From an uncultured Gammaproteobacteria bacterium (lineage in GTDB: Bacteria; Patescibacteriota; Microgenomatia; UBA1406; GWC2-37-13): a DNA stretch of 64,000 bases. Shown in pieces: positions 1 through 9,802 of this stretch (its first letter is position 1; every line of letters begins with the position of its first letter). The notes beneath the pieces were generated by a model, which did no database searches, had not been told where the DNA came from, and saw nothing but the letters and a program-made list of their open reading frames with translations. A program made the position numbers and the translations under genes. Location of the stretch: assembly GCA_964561915.1 (NCBI GenBank), contig CAZLQR010000005.1:49263-113262 (forward strand). The letters are read 5' to 3'.

Positions 1-693
1 CCAATAAGCTCTGATCTATCTTTTTATGATGATGTTAAGGTAACCGGCCTGCTGCATATAGTCGTACTTTCGGGGACCAACATAACACTGCTTGCTGCAA
101 TGGTAGGCGCCGTAACTGTCTTTTTGCCCAAATGGTTGTCACTCATTGTGACCATGTCTGTCATAATTGCATTTGTGTGGTTTGTCGGACCTGCCCCGCC
201 TGTTATTCGTGCAGCTATTATGGGTGTTTTGGCGCATCTTGCCGTGCTATTCCGTAGATCATCAATCCCCCTTATTATGTTGATTTTAAGCGCACTGATA
301 ACTGCTTTTTTCTGGCCGACGTGGATTAGCACAGTGTCGTTCCAACTGTCATATGGTGCTACATTGGGTTTAATACTGATCAAAAGCCCCAAACGCTTTG
401 CCTCCTCTCCAATATTTTCCGAATTCTGGCCTTCCATCGCAGCATCATCGTTCACAGTGCCTATCATTTTTCTCTATTTCAGGGAAATATCACTTGTAGC
501 GCCTCTTGCCAACCTGGCGGTATCATTCCTCATCGGACCGCTCATGCTCGTGGGGTTCGCCGTTGCCATTCTCGGTAAGATTCACTTCATTCTCGGATTA
601 GTGCCGTCGTATATTGCCTATGTAATACTATCTTACATGATCTTTATGATACGTACTATATCATCTATCCCCTATATCTTTCTCCGTTTCTGA
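1..693 (+). CDS. comEC: ComEC/Rec2 competence channel domain, 5'-truncated by window edge
   Basis: Frame 1 is open from base 1 (..VTGLLHIVVLSGTNITLLAAMVG.., like the ComEC HLLAISG core). It runs into tracked ORF 100..693. Hydrophobic and polytopic throughout. TGA at 691-693. Confidence 0.75.
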   Translation, partial: PISSDLSFYDDVKVTGLLHIVVLSGTNITLLAAMVGAVTVFLPKWLSLIVTMSVIIAFVWFVGPAPPVIRAAIMGVLAHLAVLFRRSSIPLIMLILSALITAFFWPTWISTVSFQLSYGATLGLILIKSPKRFASSPIFSEFWPSIAASSFTVPIIFLYFREISLVAPLANLAVSFLIGPLMLVGFAVAILGKIHFILGLVPSYIAYVILSYMIFMIRTISSIPYIFLRF

Positions 694-694
694 C

Positions 695-1528
695 ATGAAC
701 ACCTTTTCCGTACCCCGGTACGTACTTTACCTTATTCTGGCAGCATCTATCGCAGTATTGTCCGCAGCTATATTCTCATATTTCACTACATCAACATTTG
801 TCGTATTTTGCAATGTGGGGCAAGGTGACGCGACGTATATGCGTATCAACAACCGTGTTGACGTACTTGTGGACGCGGGTCCGGATGACGCGATATTGGA
901 ATGTTTGGGCAAGTATATGCCCTTCTATGATAAAGCGATTGAATTAGCCTTCATTACGCACCCACATGTGGATCATTATGGCGGTTTCTCATCTCTCCTC
1001 GGGAAGTATTCTATCAACATGATGTTTGCCAGTGAGACTGAGTATGATTCGTCCCGCTATGACGGTCTTATTCGTAAATATCGTGAGAACGGAACACACG
1101 TCCAAACGTTTTATTCAGGTCAAATTTTACACATCTCTGATGCTCATTTTCGATCATTTTGGCCATCCAAATCCTATCTGGAGGCCTCAACACGCATCTC
1201 CGATCTCAACTCACTCTCGCACGTCATGCTTTTTACACAGAGAAATGTCTCAATAATGTTCACCGGAGACGTCACTCCGGAAATTCAGAAAAGATTGATA
1301 CAACAGCCCGTACCAAAAGTAACCATCCTCAAAATACCCCATCATGGCTCCACAGAGGGACTAATCGAAGATTTTTTGATTCTAGCAGATCCTACCTATT
1401 CAGTGATAAGCGTCGGGAAAGCAAACAGGTACGGACATCCCCATCGACAAACGCTTGAGATGCTTCGGAATCACGGGTACAAATATAAACGAACGGACGA
1501 AGACAATGATGTTATTTTTCGGTTTTGA
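695..1528 (+). CDS. comEC: ComEC C-terminal metallo-beta-lactamase-fold domain as a separate ORF
   Basis: N-terminal TM helix, then the MBL motif ITHPHVDHYGG and a later IPHHGS. Starts 1 nt after the preceding stop, in a different frame. Confidence 0.75.
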   Translation: MNTFSVPRYVLYLILAASIAVLSAAIFSYFTTSTFVVFCNVGQGDATYMRINNRVDVLVDAGPDDAILECLGKYMPFYDKAIELAFITHPHVDHYGGFSSLLGKYSINMMFASETEYDSSRYDGLIRKYRENGTHVQTFYSGQILHISDAHFRSFWPSKSYLEASTRISDLNSLSHVMLFTQRNVSIMFTGDVTPEIQKRLIQQPVPKVTILKIPHHGSTEGLIEDFLILADPTYSVISVGKANRYGHPHRQTLEMLRNHGYKYKRTDEDNDVIFRF

Positions 1529-1532
1529 TCCC

Positions 1533-2339
1533 TTACTGCGTTAGAATCTTGTAAATCTCCTTGTAAATCGAGAACGCCTCAAACCCGCTCCAGTTCTTGC
1601 CTACCAATTCCTCGGGCATGCCGGGATCCTGTTTGAGCACCGAGATATAGATTGATGTTATTTGTTTGAGTTTGTCCAATTTATTGGCTTCTTTTGACAA
1701 TATGAGATGCCAGCTTTTGAATGCATCCTGATAGCGCTTCCCGAGGGCGCTTTTTTTCCATACTTTCTCGATGAGTATCTCGCGGTCTCCTGCCACATAA
1801 TCAGCCTCAAACGCCTGGATATACTGCTCTTCTTCTTTGCCTTTCACAAGCGCGATTAACTCGTCGGTGACCGGGTGTGTCGTGATCCAAAACGACCTAT
1901 GCCACGGGCCCAATCCCCAACCAGCGACCTGACGGCGTAATTTATCTCTCATTTCGCGTTTCTTTTCTGGGATTTCGTATGATACGATCCTCCACTTGGC
2001 ATCCCACTTGTCGCGAAGGAATCTGAAATACGGGAATGTGAGGCTAAGCTCATGAAAACCCTTTTCTGTCAGACGGTATATTAATATTTCCGGATTGAAT
2101 TTATCCCCTTCCAACGCCCCTGTTGACACGTGATCGATAAATTGAGATTTGCTAAGTGTGTTGAGTGTTTGTCGCGTTTTCACATTGAGCGCTATATCGA
2201 ATATCGTCGAAAAAGTGTTATCTACTTTAACATCATCGAAGTTTTTGCCGGACGCAAGATATAATGCTACTAATATCTTGAGCCTGCGTTCTTTAATATC
2301 CATAAAGCTAAAAATAACAAACGAACTATTTGTTGTCAA
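1533..2339 (-). CDS. PaaX-like / Cas2-fold transcriptional regulator family protein
   Basis: WDAKWRIVSYEIPEKKREMRDKLRRQVAGWGLGP matches the PaaX-like core pattern common in CPR genomes. Start could instead be the internal Met at 2303. Confidence 0.55.
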   Translation of the reverse strand: MTTNSSFVIFSFMDIKERRLKILVALYLASGKNFDDVKVDNTFSTIFDIALNVKTRQTLNTLSKSQFIDHVSTGALEGDKFNPEILIYRLTEKGFHELSLTFPYFRFLRDKWDAKWRIVSYEIPEKKREMRDKLRRQVAGWGLGPWHRSFWITTHPVTDELIALVKGKEEEQYIQAFEADYVAGDREILIEKVWKKSALGKRYQDAFKSWHLILSKEANKLDKLKQITSIYISVLKQDPGMPEELVGKNWSGFEAFSIYKEIYKILTQ

Positions 2340-2942
2340 TTGGATTTTATAGAGCTCGCCATAGCCTCAATACTATGAACTACTACATAAATTAAGTTCG
2401 TCAAGTGCTTTTAATTAAAAAACAAAAATATAATATATTTATCTTAAAAAACGATATAGTATCAGCCCTGTGGAAGTATTCACTATATATTTAAATTCAC
2501 AATTGAATTTTATCCCTCCGTACAATTTTTGTCAGAAGATAAATAAATTAGCCTTAAATTAAGCTCATTAAATAATCTTTGTTTTTATCAATAATAAACT
2601 TCCTTTGCCAAGATGATCAAGGCTGCACATATAAAAATACTATAAAGTCATAAAGATAATATATTAAAGACGACTATATAAATCTCTCTTAATCAGCCTC
2701 AAAAAAAGATATTTTTATCATGATTACATTACTATCGTTCGTAATTAATAATCATTAAACACTTATATTGCAATATTTCTATACTATAAGTATATGCCTG
2801 TTTTACATGTATTTATCGTGGCTATTAATTACCGCATATATATAATTATATACGTTTATATTATTAATATGATATATGTTAGTTACAAGTATTATATTTA
2901 TTAAATGTATCATATTATATCATCATACATCATCTTATCAGG

Positions 2943-2972
2943 TTGACTCCTGTATTTAATATGGTATACAAT
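2943..2972 (+). promoter_or_regulatory. Candidate sigma70-type promoter of the 1262-aa gene
   Basis: TTGACT (2943-2948), 18-nt spacer, TACAAT (2967-2972). The ATG at 2981 is only 8 nt downstream, which implies a near-leaderless mRNA. Confidence 0.35.
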
Positions 2973-2980
2973 GTAAACGT

Positions 2981-5900
2981 ATGTCGGAAAGGTATAATCT
3001 TGATAATTTCGAGCTCGAATTCAAGAAATACATAGCTTCGGGAAATAAATCTCGAGATCCAAACACTATTAAATACTACGTTTCCGATGTCAGGATATTC
3101 ATCGATTGGCTTCTCTATGCCCAAAATCTTCAACTAACGCAAAACGATGGCATTGAATCAGTGTTACGTGCGCACCTCACTCCCACATCAGTCTTGGACT
3201 ACCGAAATTATTTACAAAACGCCGGCATACCTCAGTCGACAATTAACAGAAGACTTTCAAGTATTCGACAACTTTATGCATTTTGCACGTCAAAAAATAT
3301 TGTGATCGATAATTCACATTTACATGTGAAAAATCTGTATAAAAGAACCGTACGTAGGATTAAGGATCATTTACCAAGTCCGTCCCTATCAGATAAGCCC
3401 GGAATAGAAGAAAAAATCTTTAGCAAAGATGCAGATCATATGCCAGATATTTTACGTTTAGTCAGCGTTAAAGCGATAACCGAATATATGTCATTTTTAT
3501 TTGGAAATAATCGTAAAACGAAATCCTTCGGAAGACTTTTGGCTACCACCGTTATTGCCTCTACTACCTTCATCGCATTGATAATTGGGCTCAAAACGGT
3601 GGTATCCCGCCAGGTGACACCGTTATCCGAAACCCATGCGCAAGCAATAGGCCATGGAAGAGCTATTGCGTTTCAGGGCGTATTGACAGATAAACTTGGG
3701 AATAAAATTAATTATAAGACGAACGTACGATTTAGGATGTATTCCACTTCGTCCGGCGGCACAGCTCTCTACGATTCGGGGAGCTGTGCCGTGATTCCGG
3801 ACACTGCCGGCGCATTCAAAGTGACTTTGGGAGCGAGCGGATGCGGCAACCATATCCCGGAAAGCTTTTTTGAAGACAATGCCGCGCTGTATTTGGGCAT
3901 TAAGATAGGGAAAGACAAAGAAATCTCAACGCGGCAGCGTATCCCGAATACCGCTCTCGCTCAAAGCGCCCAATTCCTGCAGGGATTACCGGTGGGGACA
4001 TCAACATCATCGATACCGTTCATATCCGATGCGGGCATCATCAAGCTGACGAATGTATCCCCCGTCATCCGCTCCACTGCAGAAGTAGGCTCTCTTAAGC
4101 TCCAGAGTGCTTCGGAGCTCATTATGGAATCCGGAAAATCTTCGGACGTTAATATTGTGGCCGGTGAGAATGGCTCCATCCATTTCCGAACGAAAAATAA
4201 CGGTATTGACAATATGCTCATATCAAGCGATGGCAATGTGTCCGTCGGAGGGAGTACGCCCGGCTTATTCAAACTTGAAGTCGGTGGCTCACTCGGTCCA
4301 TCACTTGACAGTATTTATGATTTGGGATCATCAGCGAAAAATTGGAACACATTATATGTGAATAAAGTATGCTTCAATACCGTACTGGACTGTATTGAAG
4401 GCGGGTATTCAGATTACTGGGTTACCGGAGATGGGACGATAGCGCCGGTTGATGAAGCGAGCGATTTGCTGGTAGGATCAACTGCCACTGAATCTGCACA
4501 TATCAAATTTTCGGCATCTGCCGGCAACTCATCGTTCATCCGGAGCGGGTATTTCGGGATCGGCACCACCGCTCCGATCAGCGCCCTCCATGTGGAGGGC
4601 GCACTCACACTCACCGGCAATATTACTGATATAACAACTTCAAACAATGAGAATTTGACTTTGGCCGCACATGGCACCGGCTTCGTTGTCATCAATGACG
4701 CGGTGCGACTCGGTTCTGATTCAAAAGGTGTGTATGTAGATGGGAACGGAGTGCTTACCGACTTGGATGGGAGCCTTGTGATCGCCGATGATGTATATTT
4801 GGGGTCGGAATCCTACGGTATCAAAATATCAACGAACGGCGAAATTACCGATTCAGACGGTCTTGTCACGATTACCGACGATTTGTCGGTTGCCGGTAAT
4901 CTGACCGGAGGCACATCCGGTACGTCCGGAACCACTACGATTGATATCGGTGGCACCGGCACCGGCAATGCATTGTGTCACACGACTGCGGACGGTATTG
5001 ATAATGAAGGCATTGTGGACTGCACCTCCTCACCTACGGCGGATTTCGCGGAAATGTATCCTGTCGAAGTTGGTACCGGATACGGGGATGTTGTTGCGTT
5101 AAGTACAGAAGTGGTGACCACTTCAGACGGGCGCAATATCCGCAAACTGGTGCGCAATAACGACGCGTACAACACAAAACTCATTGGCATCGTGTCGGAC
5201 AATTACGGCGATTTCATAAGCGTGGGACACAATGTGGCGCGCAAGGACAATCCCATGCCGGTCGCACTCAAGGGTCGCGTGCCAGTCAGAGTCGATCCCG
5301 CTTCCTCCCCGTTTCACGCGGGAGATTTCCTCACCGGATCGTCTCGTCCCGGCCGCGCTATCAAAGCGGAGTTGCCTGGCATGATGATCGGACAGGCGCT
5401 TGAAGACTGGACTCCCCAATCACAGAAAGAAACAATCATGGTTTTTGTGCAGACCGCCTATGCAGATCCAAGTCCGGCCCGCACTTCATGGTTCTCATTT
5501 GCACGTGATGCGTTGAAAACCGTATCAGGCTCACTGTTTGTGGAGAATGCGATCGAATCACCCGTCGTCCGTACGGATCAGCTCATCGCGGACAATATCA
5601 CCTCGGAATACATCTATAGTCCCGTCGTTGAGTCCGATACTGTGAAACCCGGTACGATTCGTGCCCGGGTACATGAGGATATCAGTATTGCGCTTGATGA
5701 CAACAAAAAAACAGCATCGGGTGAGGGCGATCTTGCCAGACTCGTCATCAAAGGTCTGCAAGATCGCCCCGTCGCCACAATCGATGCCGAAGGAAATATT
5801 GCCGCCGCAGGCGGCATAGCGGCCAAAGACGCCACCATCTCCGGCACTTTGGCCGCAAAAGAGGTCGTCGCGGACAATATCACTGCGCTTCAGGATCGTC

Positions 5901-6769
5901 TCGAACGGACCGTACGCAAAACAGAGGACATTGACCGACTCGGGAGCGATATGAACGCAATCCAACAGTCGCTTTCCCACATCCGTGACGAACAGCTTGC
6001 CAGCGTCTCCGCACCGCTTGCCGGTGTGCCGGACTCATTCTCGAACCCTGTTATCGCCGACGGCCTGTACTCCAATCTTGTCGTGAGCGGAACCGCCAAT
6101 ATCTTCCAATTGTCCGTGTATGACACAGTATCTGCGCTTGCCGATGAGCTCAAACTCAATGCTCTCGCGTCGATCAATTTCCTGGATGGCGCAGCCGTGC
6201 TCACGAAGGATGGCACACTCACGCTCAACGGTGCACTTATTGCGAAATCAGGCATCAGAACCGGAGATATACGGCCGGCAGAAGACGGTACGGATATTCG
6301 CGCCCATCTCACCGCAAACGACTCCGGTAACAGCGCGCTCAAAATACAAAACCAGCTTGGGGCTACCGTTGCTCAGGTCGATGCAAGCGGCTCGGCGATG
6401 TTTCGGAGTATCACTCTGGGAGACACAAATATAGCGACGGAGTCGGCGATCATCGCCGCAGCCGATAATTTCGCGGAAAGCGGACAATTCACTCCTGCGA
6501 TCAACTCCAAGAAAGCGGCGGCGGGGTCGGCGATCATCCCGCCGCAGGAGAAGGAGATAATCATTTATAATGAAGCGGTCAAAGAGTCGTCGCTCATTTA
6601 CCTGACACCGGCAGGCAACGACGTTGACAGTCCCGTATCCGTCGCGGAGAAGGTGGCATGTCCGTCAACTGACGGTAATACAGTCAAACCATGCAAACCG
6701 TATTTCAAAGTCGCAACCCAAGAGGCAAATGATACACATATTGCGTTCAATTGGCTCATAATCAACTAA
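2981..6769 (+). CDS. Large membrane-anchored surface protein: N-terminal phage-integrase SAM-like domain, TM helix, tail-fibre-like extracellular region
   Basis: - aa 10-110 fit the integrase N-terminal SAM-like pattern (TIKYYVSDVRIFIDWLL ... STINRRLSSIRQLYAFC).
- One TM helix (LLATTVIASTTFIALIIGL).
- Then G/S/T-rich repeats such as GYFGIGTTAPISALHVEG and GNVSVGGSTPGLFKLEVGG, typical of tail-fibre-like proteins.
- No recombinase catalytic domain. Confidence 0.7.
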   Translation: MSERYNLDNFELEFKKYIASGNKSRDPNTIKYYVSDVRIFIDWLLYAQNLQLTQNDGIESVLRAHLTPTSVLDYRNYLQNAGIPQSTINRRLSSIRQLYAFCTSKNIVIDNSHLHVKNLYKRTVRRIKDHLPSPSLSDKPGIEEKIFSKDADHMPDILRLVSVKAITEYMSFLFGNNRKTKSFGRLLATTVIASTTFIALIIGLKTVVSRQVTPLSETHAQAIGHGRAIAFQGVLTDKLGNKINYKTNVRFRMYSTSSGGTALYDSGSCAVIPDTAGAFKVTLGASGCGNHIPESFFEDNAALYLGIKIGKDKEISTRQRIPNTALAQSAQFLQGLPVGTSTSSIPFISDAGIIKLTNVSPVIRSTAEVGSLKLQSASELIMESGKSSDVNIVAGENGSIHFRTKNNGIDNMLISSDGNVSVGGSTPGLFKLEVGGSLGPSLDSIYDLGSSAKNWNTLYVNKVCFNTVLDCIEGGYSDYWVTGDGTIAPVDEASDLLVGSTATESAHIKFSASAGNSSFIRSGYFGIGTTAPISALHVEGALTLTGNITDITTSNNENLTLAAHGTGFVVINDAVRLGSDSKGVYVDGNGVLTDLDGSLVIADDVYLGSESYGIKISTNGEITDSDGLVTITDDLSVAGNLTGGTSGTSGTTTIDIGGTGTGNALCHTTADGIDNEGIVDCTSSPTADFAEMYPVEVGTGYGDVVALSTEVVTTSDGRNIRKLVRNNDAYNTKLIGIVSDNYGDFISVGHNVARKDNPMPVALKGRVPVRVDPASSPFHAGDFLTGSSRPGRAIKAELPGMMIGQALEDWTPQSQKETIMVFVQTAYADPSPARTSWFSFARDALKTVSGSLFVENAIESPVVRTDQLIADNITSEYIYSPVVESDTVKPGTIRARVHEDISIALDDNKKTASGEGDLARLVIKGLQDRPVATIDAEGNIAAAGGIAAKDATISGTLAAKEVVADNITALQDRLERTVRKTEDIDRLGSDMNAIQQSLSHIRDEQLASVSAPLAGVPDSFSNPVIADGLYSNLVVSGTANIFQLSVYDTVSALADELKLNALASINFLDGAAVLTKDGTLTLNGALIAKSGIRTGDIRPAEDGTDIRAHLTANDSGNSALKIQNQLGATVAQVDASGSAMFRSITLGDTNIATESAIIAAADNFAESGQFTPAINSKKAAAGSAIIPPQEKEIIIYNEAVKESSLIYLTPAGNDVDSPVSVAEKVACPSTDGNTVKPCKPYFKVATQEANDTHIAFNWLIIN

Positions 6770-6770
6770 G

Positions 6771-8678
6771 ATGCATACGATGAACCAAAAAATCATAACA
6801 ATCGAATATTGGCTTGTTTCAGCGGTATTGTTCGTACTCCCGCTTTTCTTCCTTCCGAACACGTTCGAATTTTTTGCGACGAATAAGATGTATCTGGCAG
6901 CCTATTCCTCGCTGGTCATACTCATGGTGGCCACGTTCCGATTCTTCATCAACAGACAGTTTGTATGGGAAAAAAGCATCCTGGATTTTCCTGTCATCTC
7001 ATTCTTAACCGCCGGCATAGTTTCCACATATTTTGCCTCGGAAAATCGTATCCAATCGCTCCTGAATCCTCATTCCGGACTCATCATGCTTGTGTCTCTT
7101 GTTGTACTGTATTTTTATTTATCCCGCCAGGAGTGGGAAAAAAGGTCGATCAACCTGATCGGCATATTGATATACAGTTCGTGTGCTCTCGCAGCAGCTT
7201 CCGTGTTGGGATTCTTCGGCGTATTCAAAGTCGCGGGAGCACTCACAGGGCTTCAGTTCCTTCAGAATCCCTATTTCACTCCCGCGGGCACGCTCTATGA
7301 TCTGATCGCCGTTCTCGGCTATTTCCTGATATACATGATCCTCAATATCGTTTACTCCGAGAGGGCCGATGTGGCAGTCCCGAATAGCACTATCATCACG
7401 ACGCTCGTCATGAGTATCGGATTCGCATTTGCCCTCATCATGTTTTTCATGATGCTCGCCAAGCCTTCTGTCCAGACCGAATTTGCAGGGTACGCGGTTT
7501 CCCTCAAGGCTGCGGGGTATGCGCTTACCAAACCTGCGAGCTTCCTGATTGGGGTCGGCATAGACGATTTCTCGACTGCGTACACGGCAGTGAAGGACGC
7601 ACGGCTCAATCTGGGGTCGCTATGGCAGGCGGACAGCTTCAATCTCTCCCGCTCTGCCCTGCTTCAGATCATGGTGGAAACAGGTATCTTTGGAATCGTG
7701 AGCTTCCTAAGTATTTTCACGGCGCTTTTTTATCGCATCGCGCGTTCGGAATATCCGCACAAACTCGGGCCTCTGATCCTTGCGGCGTTCGTATTCATCC
7801 TATTCCTCATATTCCCGTTGTCACCGGTCTTGTATTTCCTCGCCTTTATTACGTTTGCGTTTACATCGTGCGACTTGGCTGCATATGAGAAGGCTCCGAA
7901 ACGGTTTGTGGTACGGTTTCATAAAAAGAAACACATCCCTGTGATATATGTTATCGTGTTGGCAAGTTTCAGTATTCTCATCGCTTTCGGGTTCCTCCTT
8001 GGAAGGTCATATTTCGCGGATGCGGCATTCCGCGCGTCAATTGACTCCGCAGACATAAACAACGCACACGAACTGTATGAAAACCAGAGACAATCAGTCG
8101 TCCTCAATCCGTTCATCGAACAATACCGTATACAGCTCGCCAAAACGAATGTCATGATCGCCAACGAAGTCGCTGCAGCGGTGCAGGACACAGGAAAAGA
8201 GGCGACTGCCGATCAGAAACGGCTCATCGCGGAGGCGACTCAAGCTGCCATCGCACAGGCAAAGGCAGCGGTCACACTCAATCCCTCCAAGGCTACCAAT
8301 TGGGAAATGCTCGGCACGATCTATGCTAATGTAAGCGGAATCGTTGAGCAGTCTTCCGACTGGGCGGTGACTTCATATTCCCGCGCAATCAAGCTCGATC
8401 CCACCAATGCGCGGTATCACTCCAAGCTCGGAAGTGTGTTTTACCTGGCTGGACGATATTCGGATGCGATCAACGCATTCATACGCTCGACCGAACTCAA
8501 ACCTGATTGGGCATCGGCATGGTTTAACCTGGCGTGGTCGTATCACAAGAATAAAAATACCGAGAGCGCGATAAAAGCGATGACGCGCGCGTCACAGCTG
8601 ATAGACAGGGTGGCTTCACCGGACGATTACCGACAGGCGATGGCGGACCTGGAAACATTCCGGATGCAGGAGAATTAG
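6771..8678 (+). CDS. Polytopic O-antigen-ligase (Wzy_C)-like membrane protein with C-terminal TPR repeats
   Basis: About 12 hydrophobic helices, then TPR-like repeats (AVTLNPSKATNWEMLGTIY, AIKLDPTNARYHSKLGSVF, STELKPDWASAWFNLAWSY). Starts 1 nt after the upstream stop. Confidence 0.6.
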   Translation: MHTMNQKIITIEYWLVSAVLFVLPLFFLPNTFEFFATNKMYLAAYSSLVILMVATFRFFINRQFVWEKSILDFPVISFLTAGIVSTYFASENRIQSLLNPHSGLIMLVSLVVLYFYLSRQEWEKRSINLIGILIYSSCALAAASVLGFFGVFKVAGALTGLQFLQNPYFTPAGTLYDLIAVLGYFLIYMILNIVYSERADVAVPNSTIITTLVMSIGFAFALIMFFMMLAKPSVQTEFAGYAVSLKAAGYALTKPASFLIGVGIDDFSTAYTAVKDARLNLGSLWQADSFNLSRSALLQIMVETGIFGIVSFLSIFTALFYRIARSEYPHKLGPLILAAFVFILFLIFPLSPVLYFLAFITFAFTSCDLAAYEKAPKRFVVRFHKKKHIPVIYVIVLASFSILIAFGFLLGRSYFADAAFRASIDSADINNAHELYENQRQSVVLNPFIEQYRIQLAKTNVMIANEVAAAVQDTGKEATADQKRLIAEATQAAIAQAKAAVTLNPSKATNWEMLGTIYANVSGIVEQSSDWAVTSYSRAIKLDPTNARYHSKLGSVFYLAGRYSDAINAFIRSTELKPDWASAWFNLAWSYHKNKNTESAIKAMTRASQLIDRVASPDDYRQAMADLETFRMQEN

Positions 8679-8679
8679 A

Positions 8680-8705
8680 GGGCTGTTTTGAGCTCAAAAC
8701 AGCCC
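8680..8705. terminator. Perfect 26-bp palindrome (hairpin) after the Wzy/TPR gene
   Basis: GGGCTGTTTTGAG/CTCAAAACAGCCC begins 2 nt after the stop codon. No clear U-tract follows, so terminator function is uncertain. Confidence 0.35.
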
Positions 8706-8712
8706 CTCCGAT

Positions 8713-9795
8713 GTGGTAAAATACCGTATGAATTCCGTCCGGCAGTTCCTCATGTTTTTGCAGGATTACATACGGAGCCGCGCCTACATATTCGGGAAAA
8801 AGTTCGAGAACGTCAAAGATCTCATCGTCGCCATTCTGGTGATCAAACGGGGCAAATATTCGACGTCGTTTTTGAATACTTCCTTTTTGTTCCTCGTGTT
8901 TGCCGCGATAATCGGCGGACCGATTATCGCGGAGAACAATCCATTCGCATCCGAGATTTCGCAAGAGGATCAGGCAAATCAGAATCTCGTGGTGACATAT
9001 AATCCGTATGAAAATGCCCTCGGCACCGTCATATCCGCCAAACCACGTGACAAGACCGTCGAATACCAGGTGCTCGGCGGCGACACGCTTGCCTCGATTG
9101 CGAAGAAATTCGATGTTTCGGTGGATACGATCAAGTGGGCAAACGATCTGAAAGGAGAGACTATCAAGCCGAACCAGAGCCTCAAGATACCGCCGGGAAC
9201 GGGAATCGTGCACAAAGTCGTATCCGGCGACAATATCTACACAATCGCCAAGAAGTACAAGGTAGACACACAGAATATCGTGAATTTCCCGTTCAACGAT
9301 TTTGCCGATCTCGATACATTCGCACTCACGCCGGGACAATCGCTATTCATACCAAACGGTACGATCCAGCAGGCGCGGCCTGCGGCCGCGCCCGGCGGAT
9401 ATTACACCGGCCCCATCACAGCTGGCGCCCGGGGCAGCTCCAACTTCATATGGCCGACATCCGGTTCAATCAGCCAGTACCCGATCTGGTACCACATGGC
9501 GCTCGACATCCAGAATCCAAGCGCTCCGCCGGTCATCGCATCCGACACCGGCACGGTCACGTATGCTGGTTGTATAGCCTGGGGATACGGGTGTCACGTC
9601 ATTATGGACCACGGCAATGGCTATCAGACTTTGTACGGCCATCTTCAGCGGATCGATGTGGCTCCCGGCCAGTCGGTCGGACAGGGCGGGCAATTGGGAC
9701 AAATGGGCTCGACGGGGAGATCTACCGGAACGCATCTTCATTTCGAGGTCCGCTCCGGTGGTGCGTTACTTAATCCACAAAACTTCCTGAAGTAA
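8713..9795 (+). CDS. LysM-domain peptidase M23 (peptidoglycan endopeptidase)
   Basis: N-terminal TM helix. Two LysM repeats (YQVLGGDTLASIAKKF.., HKVVSGDNIYTIAKKY..). M23 motifs HMALD and HLHFEVR. GTG start at 8713; alternative ATG at 8728. Confidence 0.85.
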   Translation: MVKYRMNSVRQFLMFLQDYIRSRAYIFGKKFENVKDLIVAILVIKRGKYSTSFLNTSFLFLVFAAIIGGPIIAENNPFASEISQEDQANQNLVVTYNPYENALGTVISAKPRDKTVEYQVLGGDTLASIAKKFDVSVDTIKWANDLKGETIKPNQSLKIPPGTGIVHKVVSGDNIYTIAKKYKVDTQNIVNFPFNDFADLDTFALTPGQSLFIPNGTIQQARPAAAPGGYYTGPITAGARGSSNFIWPTSGSISQYPIWYHMALDIQNPSAPPVIASDTGTVTYAGCIAWGYGCHVIMDHGNGYQTLYGHLQRIDVAPGQSVGQGGQLGQMGSTGRSTGTHLHFEVRSGGALLNPQNFLK

Positions 9796-9802
9796 GAAAT
9801 CG

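Noticed and set aside
2340-2980. CRISPR array, replication origin or IS remnant in the very AT-rich spacer
   Set aside because: No regularly spaced direct repeats. No DnaA-box clusters or dnaA/dnaN nearby. No terminal inverted repeats or transposase fragments were visible by eye.
8524-9339. 271-aa minus-strand ORF antisense to the LysM-M23 gene
   Set aside because: It lies entirely within a gene that has clear LysM and M23 motifs. The product is low-complexity (R/H/E/C-rich) with no motifs. Typical shadow ORF.
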